A DNA stretch of 64,000 nucleotides from Nitrosomonas sp. (GTDB lineage: Bacteria; Pseudomonadota; Gammaproteobacteria; Burkholderiales; Nitrosomonadaceae): NCBI GenBank assembly GCA_039794425.1, contig JBDIVK010000012.1, positions 4,323 to 68,322 on the forward strand, read 5' to 3'. Under the pieces are notes generated by a model that had not been told where the DNA came from, did not search any database, and saw only the letters and a list, made by a program, of their open reading frames with translations. The position numbers and the translations under genes are program-made. Of this stretch, positions 20,903-31,475 are shown piece after piece (position 1 is the first letter of the stretch; each line of letters opens with the position of its first letter).

Positions 20903-22240
20903 TTAATCAGGAACGAACTTCAGCACGTTGCCATTGATACAATAGCGTTTGAAGCTGGGAGGTGGGCCATCGTCGAAGACATGGCCAAGATGAATGCCGG
21001 AGCTTGCACTGCGAACTTCGATCCGTTGCATACGACCTGAATTGTCTTTATGAAGCGTCACTGATCCTTCGACAGGCTCGAAAAAGCTGGGCCAGCCGGT
21101 TTTGCTGTCGAATTTTGTCCCACTGAGAAACAGTGTAGCACCGGTAATGGGGTCGACAAATCTACCGGGACGCTTCTCATCCAGGTTGGAGGCGGTGAAA
21201 GGCAGTTCCGTACCTTGCTCAAAGGCGATCTTCTGCTGTTCCGGGGAAAGTAACTGGAAACCCAGCCATTTCCAGAAATTTGTTTTCTCCCCGTTGTACC
21301 CTGTATAACGAGTTACTTCTTTGCCTTCTCTGAACAATACAATGGTAGGTGCCGCAAACAAAGGTTTCTCCAGTGTCCAACCGGCAGGGGGATCGGTATT
21401 CATCGTCGCCACCACAGGAACTTCCGCTTGCCAGTGACGGAGAATATCCCGGTCAAACTGCTCGCAGAATTCGCAATTTTCGGATTCAAAAATTACTAAC
21501 TGCTGGGCAAAGTTCAAATCTTTGCCCTCCAACGGCTTCATGAGATCCTCTGCCGTATCAGCAGGAATGCCACTTTGTGTAATTTCCTGACCTGATACGG
21601 GATATTTCACACCTGTACCGCCGAGACCACAGTACCCATCAGGATTTTTCTTCAGATAATTCTGGTGGTACTCCTCAGCAGTAATGTAATTTTTCAGTGG
21701 CAGGATTTCAGTCGTGATCTGGCCATATCCGGCAACATTCAGCGCCTGCTGATAGACTTTCTGGGTGATCAATGCAAGCTCTTTTTGGGTCGGATCATGA
21801 TAATAGATCGCACTGCGGTAATTACTGCCAATATCGTTACCCTGACGATCGCCCTGCGTAGGATTATGGTTTTCCCAGAATTTTGCCAAAACAGTTTCCA
21901 GCGTTACCTGCTGCGGATCGAAAATCACTTTGATTACTTCGGCATGATTCCGCCCCACGACCTTGCCGGCACGCAGCGCCTTCTCATAATCCAGAATCTG
22001 ACGATAACCAACGTTAGGAAGATCACCCCCTGCATAACCACTTTCCACATCAAGCACCCCAGGAATTTCTCCCATACGTTTCTCGGCCCCCCAAAAGCAG
22101 CCCATTCCCAAGACAATATAATCCGCATTTGAACTGATAGGCTGGCTTGATTTTACAGGGCTGGATATCACTGGTTTCTCCATCACCAATACTGTCAGAA
22201 TTATCATTAAACCTATGGCTGTCACAATAATAGCTTTCAT
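20903..22240 (-). CDS. msrAB: Exported methionine sulfoxide reductase fusion MsrA - thioredoxin-like - MsrB
   Basis: N-terminal hydrophobic leader; MsrA GCFWG and EEYHQ; central CEFC plus cis-Pro motif APTIV; MsrB GWPSF, HLGHVF and RYCIN. Confidence 0.9.
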   Translation of the reverse strand: MKAIIVTAIGLMIILTVLVMEKPVISSPVKSSQPISSNADYIVLGMGCFWGAEKRMGEIPGVLDVESGYAGGDLPNVGYRQILDYEKALRAGKVVGRNHAEVIKVIFDPQQVTLETVLAKFWENHNPTQGDRQGNDIGSNYRSAIYYHDPTQKELALITQKVYQQALNVAGYGQITTEILPLKNYITAEEYHQNYLKKNPDGYCGLGGTGVKYPVSGQEITQSGIPADTAEDLMKPLEGKDLNFAQQLVIFESENCEFCEQFDRDILRHWQAEVPVVATMNTDPPAGWTLEKPLFAAPTIVLFREGKEVTRYTGYNGEKTNFWKWLGFQLLSPEQQKIAFEQGTELPFTASNLDEKRPGRFVDPITGATLFLSGTKFDSKTGWPSFFEPVEGSVTLHKDNSGRMQRIEVRSASSGIHLGHVFDDGPPPSFKRYCINGNVLKFVPD

Positions 22241-22699
22241 TTTCTATCTCTGCTATTTAATCTCAGTATATTTTTCGACATTTCAGAATACCCCAGGTTC
22301 TCATTATGATTAAAACCCCAATTATCTGAATTCTGTCTAATTAAGCGGCCAAAAATTATCCAGAGTTAGTACTTTAACCATTTGAATGAAATGGCCAGGT
22401 TGACAAGTTTAATCCTGGATGTTTAGCCCCAAGTTATGCTGGCGAAATATAATCAGCAGGTAAGGCGAACACCTTCTGCAAAAGCACGGCAATACACTGA
22501 TTCAGGGTCAGGGTCTACCATCGTATTTTGCAGGATGACACGCCACAGAGCCCTGGATTAATATAGTAAATACGGATGGGATGTAGCTCATGGGGCCAGC
22601 GGCAGGGATTCCGGTTCGCCAGACTTGAAATGCCGTCCCTGTCCTTCTGCGTCATCCGACGTGTCGTTCGGGATGGTGCCGATTCTTTTGATTGTGGCT

Positions 22700-22850
22700 C
22701 TGTATGTAGACGAGACCGACAGATGATTGATCGGTTGAGTCGTCACCGTCGTGCCTTGATGGATGAAAAGAACCGCCTGCAAAGTCGCCTTCAGAGCGGT
22801 CTTCACGCAGTGTGCCCTGATCTGTTGGATATGCTTGTGCAGAATAGACG
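22700..22850 (+). mobile_element. Degenerate IS110-family transposase fragment
   Basis: Reads MIDRLSRHRRALMDEKNRLQSRLQSGLHAVCPDLL, which resembles the IS110 coiled-coil segment. There is no intact ORF. Confidence 0.45.
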
Positions 22851-23050
22851 TATTCTGTGCAAGAAAGGAAAGGGATAGAAACCGGGTTCGTCATGATTGG
22901 CTATTTCGATGATTCTAAATCCCAAGCCATCCAGCAAATCGGCAAGATTCTGTCGTGCAAGGCTTGTCTTCTGGATCTCAACTCCCCCACTTCATCAAGT
23001 CTGTACAGAAATAAGTGCGATTGACACGTTAAGGATATCGAATTCTCCCA

Positions 23051-23956
23051 TCAATCCTGTTCGATCTGATAATTGGCAACCAGCCGGAATTCGCTGCCCG
23101 GCCGGACACTAACTCGATCCGTGGCTGCGTTGGTGGTTTCAACGCAGATAAAGCGCAGATAATCGTCATCCTGCAGATCTGCCATTTCGGTTGAGATTTT
23201 CGCCCAGGGATTCCATACCACTGCCGTTCTGTTGCCTTTGGAAGTAATCCGGATACGGCGTTTCAGGGTTGCATCATGGATGACGAGATCATTGCCGACC
23301 GCCAGATAAATTCGATCTACTTCCGCATCAATGGTCACGGCACCCGTTTGGCTCTTTTCCAGGTTATCGTCCACCTTATCGATATAGCGGGTATTTTCCA
23401 GGCCCGATACACTGGTCTGGCTGATATCACCCACATTGAAATAAGTATGAAAAGCTTGCGTAACCGAAAACGCCTGTGAACCGGAGTTACGGGTCACCAG
23501 TTCCAGATTGAGCGTATCACTGACAGTAATTTCCAGTCTCAGCACAAAAGCGCGTGGCCAGATGGATTGTGTCTCTGCAGTATCCGACAATCCCAGTACA
23601 ATACGGTTATCTCCATCCGGGGTCGTGGATGTTTCCACCACTTCCCACATGCGGTTGCGTAGAAATCCATGTGCCGGACGTCCCAGGCCCTCTGGATCCG
23701 GTCCGAACCATGGCCAGCATATTGGCACACCGCCCTTGATCGCTTTGCCTGACTGATAATACGCCCGCTCACTCAGAAACAGGAGATCATCATGCGCATG
23801 CCTGGGCTGAAAAGAAAGCACCTGACCAGCGTAAACTGAGATCAGTGCATTAGCCTTGTCGTTCTGGACGTTGATGAAAGGAAAGCCGCCTTCACCCGTC
23901 ACGAATGTCACCTGGCCTGCTACACCATGATCATTGTTCAATTGCTCGATATTCAT
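23051..23956 (-). CDS. D-hexose-6-phosphate mutarotase (aldose 1-epimerase family, YeaD-like)
   Basis: KAIKGGVPICWPWFG, HGFLRN, FHTYF, VVWNPW and FICVET; AAGGAG RBS. Confidence 0.9.
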   Translation of the reverse strand: MNIEQLNNDHGVAGQVTFVTGEGGFPFINVQNDKANALISVYAGQVLSFQPRHAHDDLLFLSERAYYQSGKAIKGGVPICWPWFGPDPEGLGRPAHGFLRNRMWEVVETSTTPDGDNRIVLGLSDTAETQSIWPRAFVLRLEITVSDTLNLELVTRNSGSQAFSVTQAFHTYFNVGDISQTSVSGLENTRYIDKVDDNLEKSQTGAVTIDAEVDRIYLAVGNDLVIHDATLKRRIRITSKGNRTAVVWNPWAKISTEMADLQDDDYLRFICVETTNAATDRVSVRPGSEFRLVANYQIEQD

Positions 23957-24097
23957 CATTCTCCTTGTTAGAAAAATACAAAAATCCCTTCGCTGCCCGT
24001 TTCCGGCCAAATTTGGTCATGAGCTGCGCAAATGATAAACTCAATCGGCTATGGCATAAATACCAAGTGCTCACAGTCTCTCGTTCAAGGAACCACC

Positions 24098-26950
24098 ATG
24101 ACCCATAATTTATTCAATACGTTAAGTACTCTGAATCTTTCCAGTGGCAAAACGATGCAATTTTACGCTCTACCGGCACTTGAAACAGCCGGATTGGGAA
24201 CGATCTCACGCTTGCCGGTCTCGATCCGGATCGTACTGGAATCGGTATTACGTAATTACGACGAAAAGAAAATCACCGAAACGCATATCAGACAACTGGC
24301 CGGCTGGCAACCGCAGGCTCCGCGTACGCACGAGATTCCGTTTATAGTGGCGCGCATCGTGCTGCAGGACTTCACTGGCGTACCGCTGCTGGTCGACTTG
24401 GCTGCCATGCGCAGCGCCGCACAGAAACTGGGCAAAAATCCTGAATCGATCGAGCCTCTGGTGCCTGTCGATCTGGTAGTTGATCATTCGGTACAAGTCG
24501 ATTATTACGGTAACGATCGGGCATTGATGCGCAACATGGAAATGGAATTTCAGCGTAATCAGGAGCGTTATCAGTTTATCAAATGGGGCATGCAGGCGTT
24601 TGACACTTTTGGAGTAGTTCCGCCCGGCATTGGCATTGTTCACCAGGTCAATCTGGAATATCTGGCCCGCGGCGTCCACCAAAAGGATGGGTTGATTTAT
24701 CCTGACACGCTGGTCGGTACCGACTCTCACACCACCATGATCAATGGTATCGGTGTCGTCGGATGGGGAGTAGGCGGGATCGAAGCTGAAGCAGGCATGC
24801 TGGGGCAGCCGGTCTATTTTCTTACACCGGATGTAGTTGGTGTCAATCTGACCGGACGGTTGCGGGAAGGTGTCACCGCCACCGATCTGGTACTGACTGT
24901 CACGGAAATGCTGCGCCGGGCCAATGTCGTGGGTAAATTCGTGGAATTTTTTGGCGAAGGTACCGCTTCGCTGAGTCTGCCGGATCGTGCCACGATCGCC
25001 AACATGGCCCCCGAGTATGGCGCGACTATGGGATTCTTCCCGGTAGATGACGCAACGCTCACCTATTTCAGACATACCGGCCGTACGGAAGAAGAAATCG
25101 ATGCGTTTGAACGTTATTTCAAGGCACAGGAATTATTCGGTATGCCGCGCCATGGAGACATCGATTACAGTCAGGAGCTCACGCTGGATCTGGATTCGAT
25201 CATACCTTCACTGGCCGGGCCCAAACGTCCGCAGGATCGCATTGCACTCGAAGACTTGAAATCAAGTTTCATCGAACTTTTCAGCAAACCTGTCAAAGAA
25301 AACGGATACGGTAAGCCAGCTGAAACGTTGGAAAAAACTTATATCACTCGCGACAGTCGTTATTCGGATGCTAATCTCTGTATCACACCCGACAGTAGTC
25401 AAAATGAATCGGCACTGCCACCGGGAAGTGAGCGTAATGTAGTCGAAATGGCCAATGATCATCCTACCCAGCAGACCGTCACTGATAACATACCGGCCGA
25501 GGTACAAAGGATCGAACTGCATCACGGCGATATACTGATCGCAGCGATTACCTCCTGTACCAATACGTCCAACCCAACCGTTCTGATCGCTGCTGGATTG
25601 CTGGCCAAAAAAGCCGTGGAACAAGGGTTGACAGTCAAACCACATATCAAGACTTCACTGGCCCCGGGCTCACGTGTCGTTACGGAATATCTCACTGCTG
25701 CTGGTCTGTTACCTTATCTTGAGCGCCTCGGCTTCAGCCTGGCCGGTTACGGCTGTACGACCTGTATCGGAAACTCCGGACCACTGTCGGAAATCATCGA
25801 AGAAACCGTCGTCAAAGATGATCTGATATGTGCAGCAGTATTGTCCGGTAACCGCAATTTTGAAGCAAGAATTCATCCCAATATCCGCGCCAATTTTCTT
25901 GCGTCGCCCCCGCTGGTGGTGGCTTATGCAATCGCAGGAACCGTCCTGAAAGATCTGATAAACGAACCATTGGGATGGGGAAAAGATGGTCAACCTGTAT
26001 GGCTGCACGATATCTGGCCGAGCAGTACGGAAATTGAATCCATGATGAAGTTTGCCACCCGGGCAGAAACGTTCCGTCGCCTGTACAGCGACTTTACCCA
26101 GGATCACCCGCTCTGGAACAACGTGACCTCAGTCACCGGCAAACTGTATAACTGGCCGGATTCCACCTATATAGCAGAACCTCCGTTCTTCCAGGATTTT
26201 TCTCTGCAAATCGATCCTGCAACCATACCAACTGAAATCCGCGGTGCACGCGCTCTGGCGATTTTCGGTGATTCGGTTACGACCGATCACATCAGCCCGG
26301 CGGGAGCCATCAAAGAAACCTCACCGGCGGGGCAATATCTGCTCGCTAATGGTGTAACTCGCGCGGATTTCAATAGCTATGGCTCCCGCCGCGGGAATCA
26401 CCACATCATGATGCGTGGTACCTTTGCCAACGTGCGTATCAGAAACCTGATGGTTCCCGGCAGCGAAGGAGGCATTACGCTATACCGGAATGGTAGCGAT
26501 AGTGACGAAGAGAAAATGACTATCTTTGATGCGGCCATGAAATATCTTGAAAATGAAATACCTACTATTGTATTTGCCGGCAAGGAATATGGCACCGGTT
26601 CCAGCCGCGATTGGGCTGCCAAAGGTACACAACTACTGGGTGTACGTGCAGTGATTGCAGAAAGCTTCGAACGCATCCATCGCAGTAATCTGGTTGGGAT
26701 GGGCGTTCTGCCCTTACAGTTCAAAGACGGCGATACTGTCAGCTCTCTTGGAATCCAGGGAAACGAACACTTTGATATTCTGGGCCTGGATAACATTCAG
26801 CCGCAACAGGAAGTAATACTGATCATCCATAATCAGGATGGATCCAAGCGGGAAATCAAATTACGCTGTCGGATTGATACCCCCATCGAAGTCGATTATT
26901 ACCATCATGGCGGTATTCTGCCCTATGTACTGAGAAGAGCTTGCGAGTAA
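24098..26950 (+). CDS. acnA: Aconitate hydratase A
   Basis: [55 protein letters not shown]. Confidence 0.97.
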   Translation: MTHNLFNTLSTLNLSSGKTMQFYALPALETAGLGTISRLPVSIRIVLESVLRNYDEKKITETHIRQLAGWQPQAPRTHEIPFIVARIVLQDFTGVPLLVDLAAMRSAAQKLGKNPESIEPLVPVDLVVDHSVQVDYYGNDRALMRNMEMEFQRNQERYQFIKWGMQAFDTFGVVPPGIGIVHQVNLEYLARGVHQKDGLIYPDTLVGTDSHTTMINGIGVVGWGVGGIEAEAGMLGQPVYFLTPDVVGVNLTGRLREGVTATDLVLTVTEMLRRANVVGKFVEFFGEGTASLSLPDRATIANMAPEYGATMGFFPVDDATLTYFRHTGRTEEEIDAFERYFKAQELFGMPRHGDIDYSQELTLDLDSIIPSLAGPKRPQDRIALEDLKSSFIELFSKPVKENGYGKPAETLEKTYITRDSRYSDANLCITPDSSQNESALPPGSERNVVEMANDHPTQQTVTDNIPAEVQRIELHHGDILIAAITSCTNTSNPTVLIAAGLLAKKAVEQGLTVKPHIKTSLAPGSRVVTEYLTAAGLLPYLERLGFSLAGYGCTTCIGNSGPLSEIIEETVVKDDLICAAVLSGNRNFEARIHPNIRANFLASPPLVVAYAIAGTVLKDLINEPLGWGKDGQPVWLHDIWPSSTEIESMMKFATRAETFRRLYSDFTQDHPLWNNVTSVTGKLYNWPDSTYIAEPPFFQDFSLQIDPATIPTEIRGARALAIFGDSVTTDHISPAGAIKETSPAGQYLLANGVTRADFNSYGSRRGNHHIMMRGTFANVRIRNLMVPGSEGGITLYRNGSDSDEEKMTIFDAAMKYLENEIPTIVFAGKEYGTGSSRDWAAKGTQLLGVRAVIAESFERIHRSNLVGMGVLPLQFKDGDTVSSLGIQGNEHFDILGLDNIQPQQEVILIIHNQDGSKREIKLRCRIDTPIEVDYYHHGGILPYVLRRACE

Positions 26951-26977
26951 ATCCATCCTCTATCTCTCTTTAAACTT

Positions 26978-27011
26978 CTTCCGGAGTGCTTGGCACTCCG
27001 GAAGTTTCTTT
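26978..27011 (+). terminator. Intrinsic terminator after acnA
   Basis: 12-bp perfect stem CTTCCGGAGTGC/GCACTCCGGAAG followed by TTTCTTT. Confidence 0.8.
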
Positions 27012-27077
27012 AAATAATACAAAACGAGCTTTCGCATCAGCTGGTGATTGCGTTACCAAATAACCACCCTTCCTCTG

Positions 27078-27239
27078 AACCTAGAAACCGCAGTTGGACG
27101 TGCCCGAGTGTGCGTCTAGCCCGCTGCCTGGCAAGGCGCGACGAGACGGCAGAGGCGGCATGAGTGAAGGCAGCAAGCAAGCTCACTATCCATCGGGATA
27201 TCCGGAGGCTGATAAGCAGTCAACTGCGGTTTCTAGGTT
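27078..27239. repeat. MITE-like inverted-repeat element, family 1 copy B
   Basis: Perfect 19-bp terminal IR AACCTAGAAACCGCAGTTG / CAACTGCGGTTTCTAGGTT. Shares CGGCATGAGTGAAGGCA...CAAGCTCACTATC..ATCGGGA..GAGG.TGATAAGC with copy A. Confidence 0.85.
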
Positions 27240-27351
27240 AAAACTTCAACTCGACAATGATCACAACGTTGATCAGCCCAGACCAAAATTTTTTATAGAA
27301 TCATAGCCTTCTGCCTGTACAATCAGGACTGACTGCAACTACCCCCGTCAA

Positions 27352-27360
27352 TGCTATAAT
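27352..27360 (+). promoter_or_regulatory. Candidate extended -10 promoter upstream of mcl-mtkAB
   Basis: TGCTATAAT matches TGnTATAAT, about 200 bp upstream of the mcl start. Confidence 0.35.
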
Positions 27361-27566
27361 TGCCCCAATCTGATTGGTAACGTCGTCCATTTTTCTAAAA
27401 TACCAGTTCCCGCGCACTCGAATTTAAATCTCTATGAAATAAACTTTTCCAGTTTCTGTACCGTGCTACTAATGTGCTCGTGTATTGGTTGATCATGGCA
27501 TTCAACTCAATTAAACATGTATTCCGGTATGCGGCACAACGTCGTATTTAATTTGTTGGAGAAATA

Positions 27567-28517
27567 ATGAGCCACACATTGTATGAAACCAAAACTCAGC
27601 GTGTGCAGCGCTGTGAGCTGGCTGTTCCGGGTTCCCGCCCTGAAATGTTCGAAAAAGCGCTGAACAGCGGAGTAGATTTCGTATTTCTGGATCTGGAAGA
27701 TGCAGTCGCACCTGATGACAAAATACAGGCGCGCAGAAATATCATCCAGGCGATCAATGATCTGGACTGGAAAGGACACGACATCACCCTTTCTGTACGC
27801 ATCAACGGTCTGGATACCCAATACATGGTGCGTGACGTAGTCGATCTAGTCGAACAGGCTGGACACAAAATCGATACCCTGCTGGTTCCTAAAGTCGGAG
27901 TTTACGCCGATGTCTATATGGTGGAAGCCATGCTCAACCAGCTTGAAATGCAGCAGGGACTGAAAAATCGGATCGGTGTGGAAGCACTGATTGAAACCGC
28001 ACTGGGAATGGCCAATGTCGAAGATATTGCGCGCAGAGGGACGGCAGGACGCCTGGAAGCGCTGCACTTCGGGGTAGCCGATTATGCCGCCAGCAATCGC
28101 GCCCGCACTACCAATATCGGTGGACTCAATCCGGACTACCCGGGTGACCAATGGCATGCAGCAATCAGCAGAATGACAGTGGCCTGCCGTGCATTCGGCT
28201 TGCGACCCATCGATGGTCCTTTTGGCGATATTCAGGACCCGGAAGGTTATAAACAGGCCGCCAGACGGGCTGCGGCACTGGGCTGCGAGGGGAAATGGGC
28301 GATTCATCCGTCCCAGATCAGTCTAGCAAATGAAGTCTTTACACCACCTGCTGCGGAAATTGAGAAAGCCAAGCGGATACTCACTGCGCTGAAAGAAGCC
28401 GCTGCGCAGGGGAAAGGTGCTGCCTCGCTCGACGGACGGCTGATTGACGCCGCATCGGAAAGAATGGCCAACAATATCGTCAAAATGGCAGAAGCCATCG
28501 CTGCTAAAAGCAAATAA
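27567..28517 (+). CDS. mcl: L-malyl-CoA / beta-methylmalyl-CoA lyase (CitE-like HpcH/HpaI family)
   Basis: RCELAVPGS, FLDLEDAVAPDDK.QAR.NII.AINDLDW, VRINGLDT, GKWAIHPSQI; closely resembles methylotroph and Rhodobacter Mcl. Confidence 0.85.
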   Translation: MSHTLYETKTQRVQRCELAVPGSRPEMFEKALNSGVDFVFLDLEDAVAPDDKIQARRNIIQAINDLDWKGHDITLSVRINGLDTQYMVRDVVDLVEQAGHKIDTLLVPKVGVYADVYMVEAMLNQLEMQQGLKNRIGVEALIETALGMANVEDIARRGTAGRLEALHFGVADYAASNRARTTNIGGLNPDYPGDQWHAAISRMTVACRAFGLRPIDGPFGDIQDPEGYKQAARRAAALGCEGKWAIHPSQISLANEVFTPPAAEIEKAKRILTALKEAAAQGKGAASLDGRLIDAASERMANNIVKMAEAIAAKSK

Positions 28518-28581
28518 ACATAGTCTTATCCAATTCCATACAGCCTTGCTGTAGGATTCTGGAAAATAAAGGGAGAACACA

Positions 28582-29757
28582 TTGGATATCCACGAATATC
28601 AGGCCAAGGAAATCCTGGCTGAATACGGTATCAAACTAGCCGAAGGTGGTCTGGCACATACCGTGGAAGAAGCAGTCCAGCGTAGCCGGGAAATCGACGG
28701 TAACGTCTGGGTTGTCAAAGCGCAAATTCATTCCGGTGCACGCGGCAAAGCCGGTGGCATCAAAGTATGCCGAAATCATGAAGAAATCGAAACGGCTGCC
28801 GAATCGCTACTTGGTAAACGATTGGTCACCCATCAGACCGGGCCGCTGGGTAAACTTTGCTCGAAGCTGTATATCGAAGCGGGCACCGATATTGCCAAGG
28901 AATTATATCTTGCATTTATGATCGACCGCAGTCATGAACGGGTCATCATGGTTGGCTCAGCCCAAGGGGGAATGGATATCGAAACCCTGGCAGCCACCAA
29001 TCCCGATGCCATCAAAAAAATCTACATAGAACCTGCCGTAGGCTTGCAGGACTTCCAGGCAAGAAAAATGGCCTTCGCACTGGGACTGGGCGAGGAATTG
29101 CTCAATCACGCCGTCAAAACCATCAAGAGCTGTTACCGTGCCTTACGTAACCTAGACGCCAACATACTCGAAATCAATCCGCTGGTCGTCACTCGCAACA
29201 ACGAACTGATCGCACTCGATGCGAAAATGAGCTTCGACGAGAATGCTCTGTTCAGACGCCACCGAATATCCGAATTACGTGACAATACACAGGTCGACCC
29301 GCGCGAAGTGGCTGCAGCAGAAGCCGGTCTCAGCTATGTCGGACTGGATGGGGATATCGGCTGCATGATCAATGGTGCAGGACTTGCGATGGCCACTATG
29401 GACATGATCAAGCTGGCCGGTGGCGAACCGGCCAATTTTCTGGATGTTGGCGGAGGTGCCTCTGCTGAACGGACTGAAAAAGCCTTCCGGCTGGTACTGG
29501 CTGATCAAGGCGTCAAAGCGATGCTAGTCAATATTTTTGCCGGTATTAATCGCTGTGACTGGATTGCTGAAGGCGTAGTACAAGCGGTACGAAACATCGA
29601 CATGACCATCCCGCTGGTTGTCCGCCTCTCCGGCACTAATGTAGAGGAAGGCCGTCGCATCATCGCCGACAGTGGCTTACCGATCATCACGGCGGAAACC
29701 CTGGCCGATGCGGCAGAAAAAGTAGTGCAGGCACGTAATCAAGTGGTTGCAGGTTGA
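28582..29757 (+). CDS. mtkA: Malate--CoA ligase (malate thiokinase) beta subunit
   Basis: SucC fold with MtkA-type features: [32 protein letters not shown]; adjacent to mcl. Confidence 0.82.
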   Translation: MDIHEYQAKEILAEYGIKLAEGGLAHTVEEAVQRSREIDGNVWVVKAQIHSGARGKAGGIKVCRNHEEIETAAESLLGKRLVTHQTGPLGKLCSKLYIEAGTDIAKELYLAFMIDRSHERVIMVGSAQGGMDIETLAATNPDAIKKIYIEPAVGLQDFQARKMAFALGLGEELLNHAVKTIKSCYRALRNLDANILEINPLVVTRNNELIALDAKMSFDENALFRRHRISELRDNTQVDPREVAAAEAGLSYVGLDGDIGCMINGAGLAMATMDMIKLAGGEPANFLDVGGGASAERTEKAFRLVLADQGVKAMLVNIFAGINRCDWIAEGVVQAVRNIDMTIPLVVRLSGTNVEEGRRIIADSGLPIITAETLADAAEKVVQARNQVVAG

Positions 29758-29785
29758 TACAACACGAAACGAAAGGAACAGAAAA

Positions 29786-30673
29786 GTGGCAATTTTGATC
29801 AATGAGCAAACACGCATCATCGTGCAAGGTTTTACCGGCCGGATCGGTACCTTCCATGCTCAGGAAATGATTGATTACGGGTCCAATGTCGTGGGAGGTG
29901 TGACGCCAGGTAAAGGTGGACAGAAACATCTGGGTCTGCCCGTATTCAATACAGTCAAGGAAGCCGTCGAACAGGTTGGAGCAGAAGCCAGCATCGTATT
30001 CGTACCCCCTGCCTTTGCAGCCGATTCGATCATGGAAGCAGCCGATGCGGGTATCAAGTACTGCGTTTCAATTACTGACGGCATCCCCACCCAGGATATG
30101 ATGACAGTCAAAAACTTTTTACGTCGATTCCCGAAAGCAAGCAGAATGATGCTGACCGGCCCTAACTGTTCGGGCACGATCAGCCCGGGACGTGCAATGC
30201 TCGGAATCATGCCGGGGCATATCTATACACGTGGCATAGTCGGCGTAGTCGGCCGTTCCGGAACACTGGGCTATGAAGCGGCAGATCAAATGAGGCGATT
30301 GAATATCGGTATTTCCACCTCGGTCGGGATCGGCGGAGACCCCATCATCGGCAGTTCTCATCGCGATGTCTTAGAGAAATTGGAGCAAGATACTGAAACC
30401 AAGGTCGCTCTGATGATCGGAGAAATTGGTGGCCCGATGGAAGTCGAGGCCGGTCTATTTGCCAAAGAAAACATGAGTAAACCCCTGATCGCCTATATCG
30501 CGGGGCTAACAGCACCAACCGGCCGGCGAATGGGACATGCCGGGGCAATCATTTCCTCAGCCGGTGAAAGTGCAGCGGAAAAAGTGGAACGGTTGAAAGA
30601 ATTGGGTGTAACCATCTGCCCGACTCCTTCGCTCATGGGACAAACAGTCGCCGAAGTACTGGCCAGGCTCTGA
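29786..30673 (+). CDS. mtkB: Malate--CoA ligase alpha subunit (SucD-like)
   Basis: GTG start giving MAILINEQTRIIVQGFTG; GPNC, SGTL, and the phospho-His motif RMGHAGAI. Confidence 0.82.
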   Translation: MAILINEQTRIIVQGFTGRIGTFHAQEMIDYGSNVVGGVTPGKGGQKHLGLPVFNTVKEAVEQVGAEASIVFVPPAFAADSIMEAADAGIKYCVSITDGIPTQDMMTVKNFLRRFPKASRMMLTGPNCSGTISPGRAMLGIMPGHIYTRGIVGVVGRSGTLGYEAADQMRRLNIGISTSVGIGGDPIIGSSHRDVLEKLEQDTETKVALMIGEIGGPMEVEAGLFAKENMSKPLIAYIAGLTAPTGRRMGHAGAIISSAGESAAEKVERLKELGVTICPTPSLMGQTVAEVLARL

Positions 30674-31111
30674 CTAGCCGAAATACCCTGATCCAGCCAG
30701 CCATACGGCACTGACAGCACGAGTGTTGCTGCATTAAAAGGCTAATTGAAGACCGCACAATTCGGCGAAGTTACCGTGAACACATATCCGGTAACTCCAC
30801 CGATCCTCCCAAGTCACCGAGTCAGCGAAGAATTAGAGAGCTCCGCTAATCGCATTTAGCAACAAGTGGGGTTCTTATTTGCAAGAACAGGGAATCTTGG
30901 TTCTGGATTCACCCCTTTCTTTCCCCGGGCGTTTCCTCTTGGCTCTCGCGAACTATCCAGCCTGATTTCCTCGAATTGTTCACACCTTTGGGTAGCTCTT
31001 TCTCATCCCCAAATTTCTTCATCATATCAAGAACTCTGAATGCACTCTTTCAAACTCACGGTCGACAGAAACTGTTTGGATAAGCGTAGTAGCGCTCAGT
31101 ACCAGTTGACG

Positions 31112-31270
31112 TAATGGAATGGACGCCCACTATCTTAAACGGCATCGAAGTGCCAAAGTAATGGAGCAGTAAAGCCCCCTGAACAAGAGAGAAGCGTCCG
31201 ACATGAAGATTACAACGATAGGTATTGATTTAGCAAAAGAAGTATTTCAGATTCACGGAGTAGATATGCG
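31112..31270 (+). mobile_element. IS110-family (IS1111 subgroup) left end and truncated transposase N-terminus
   Basis: 7-nt end TAATGGA plus subterminal IR ATGGACGCCC (31119-31128). From ATG 31203 it reads MKITTIGIDLAKEVFQIHGVD and is then interrupted. Confidence 0.75.
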
Positions 31271-31288
31271 TGACCTGGTCAGAGACAG

Positions 31289-31470
31289 ATGCGGCCTTAT
31301 TCACAAGATTTGAGGGATCGTATACTCACCGCATTGGAGCGTGGAGAATGTCCGACGGACATAGCGGCGCACTTTGAAGTGAGGCGGTGTGGGTGTATCA
31401 GGTACGTGATCGCTTCCGGAAGGTAAGCGCAGTCCGTTGCAAGTGGGTGATATCGGCTCCCGGGGCGCTC
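31289..31470 (+). mobile_element. IS630-family transposase N-terminal fragment (frameshifted)
   Basis: MRPYSQDLRDRILTALERGE..IAAHFEV, then after a frameshift VWVYQVRDRFRK: an HTH typical of IS630. Confidence 0.7.
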
Positions 31471-31475
31471 ATATG

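Noticed and set aside
24248-25075. 275-aa antisense ORF and many other short overlapping ORFs in the track
   Set aside because: They are shadows of well-supported genes on the opposite strand or frame, with no motifs or RBS.
30860-31025. Small minus-strand ORF MMKKFGDEKELPKGV...
   Set aside because: No recognisable family or RBS; it lies in a decayed mobile-element region.
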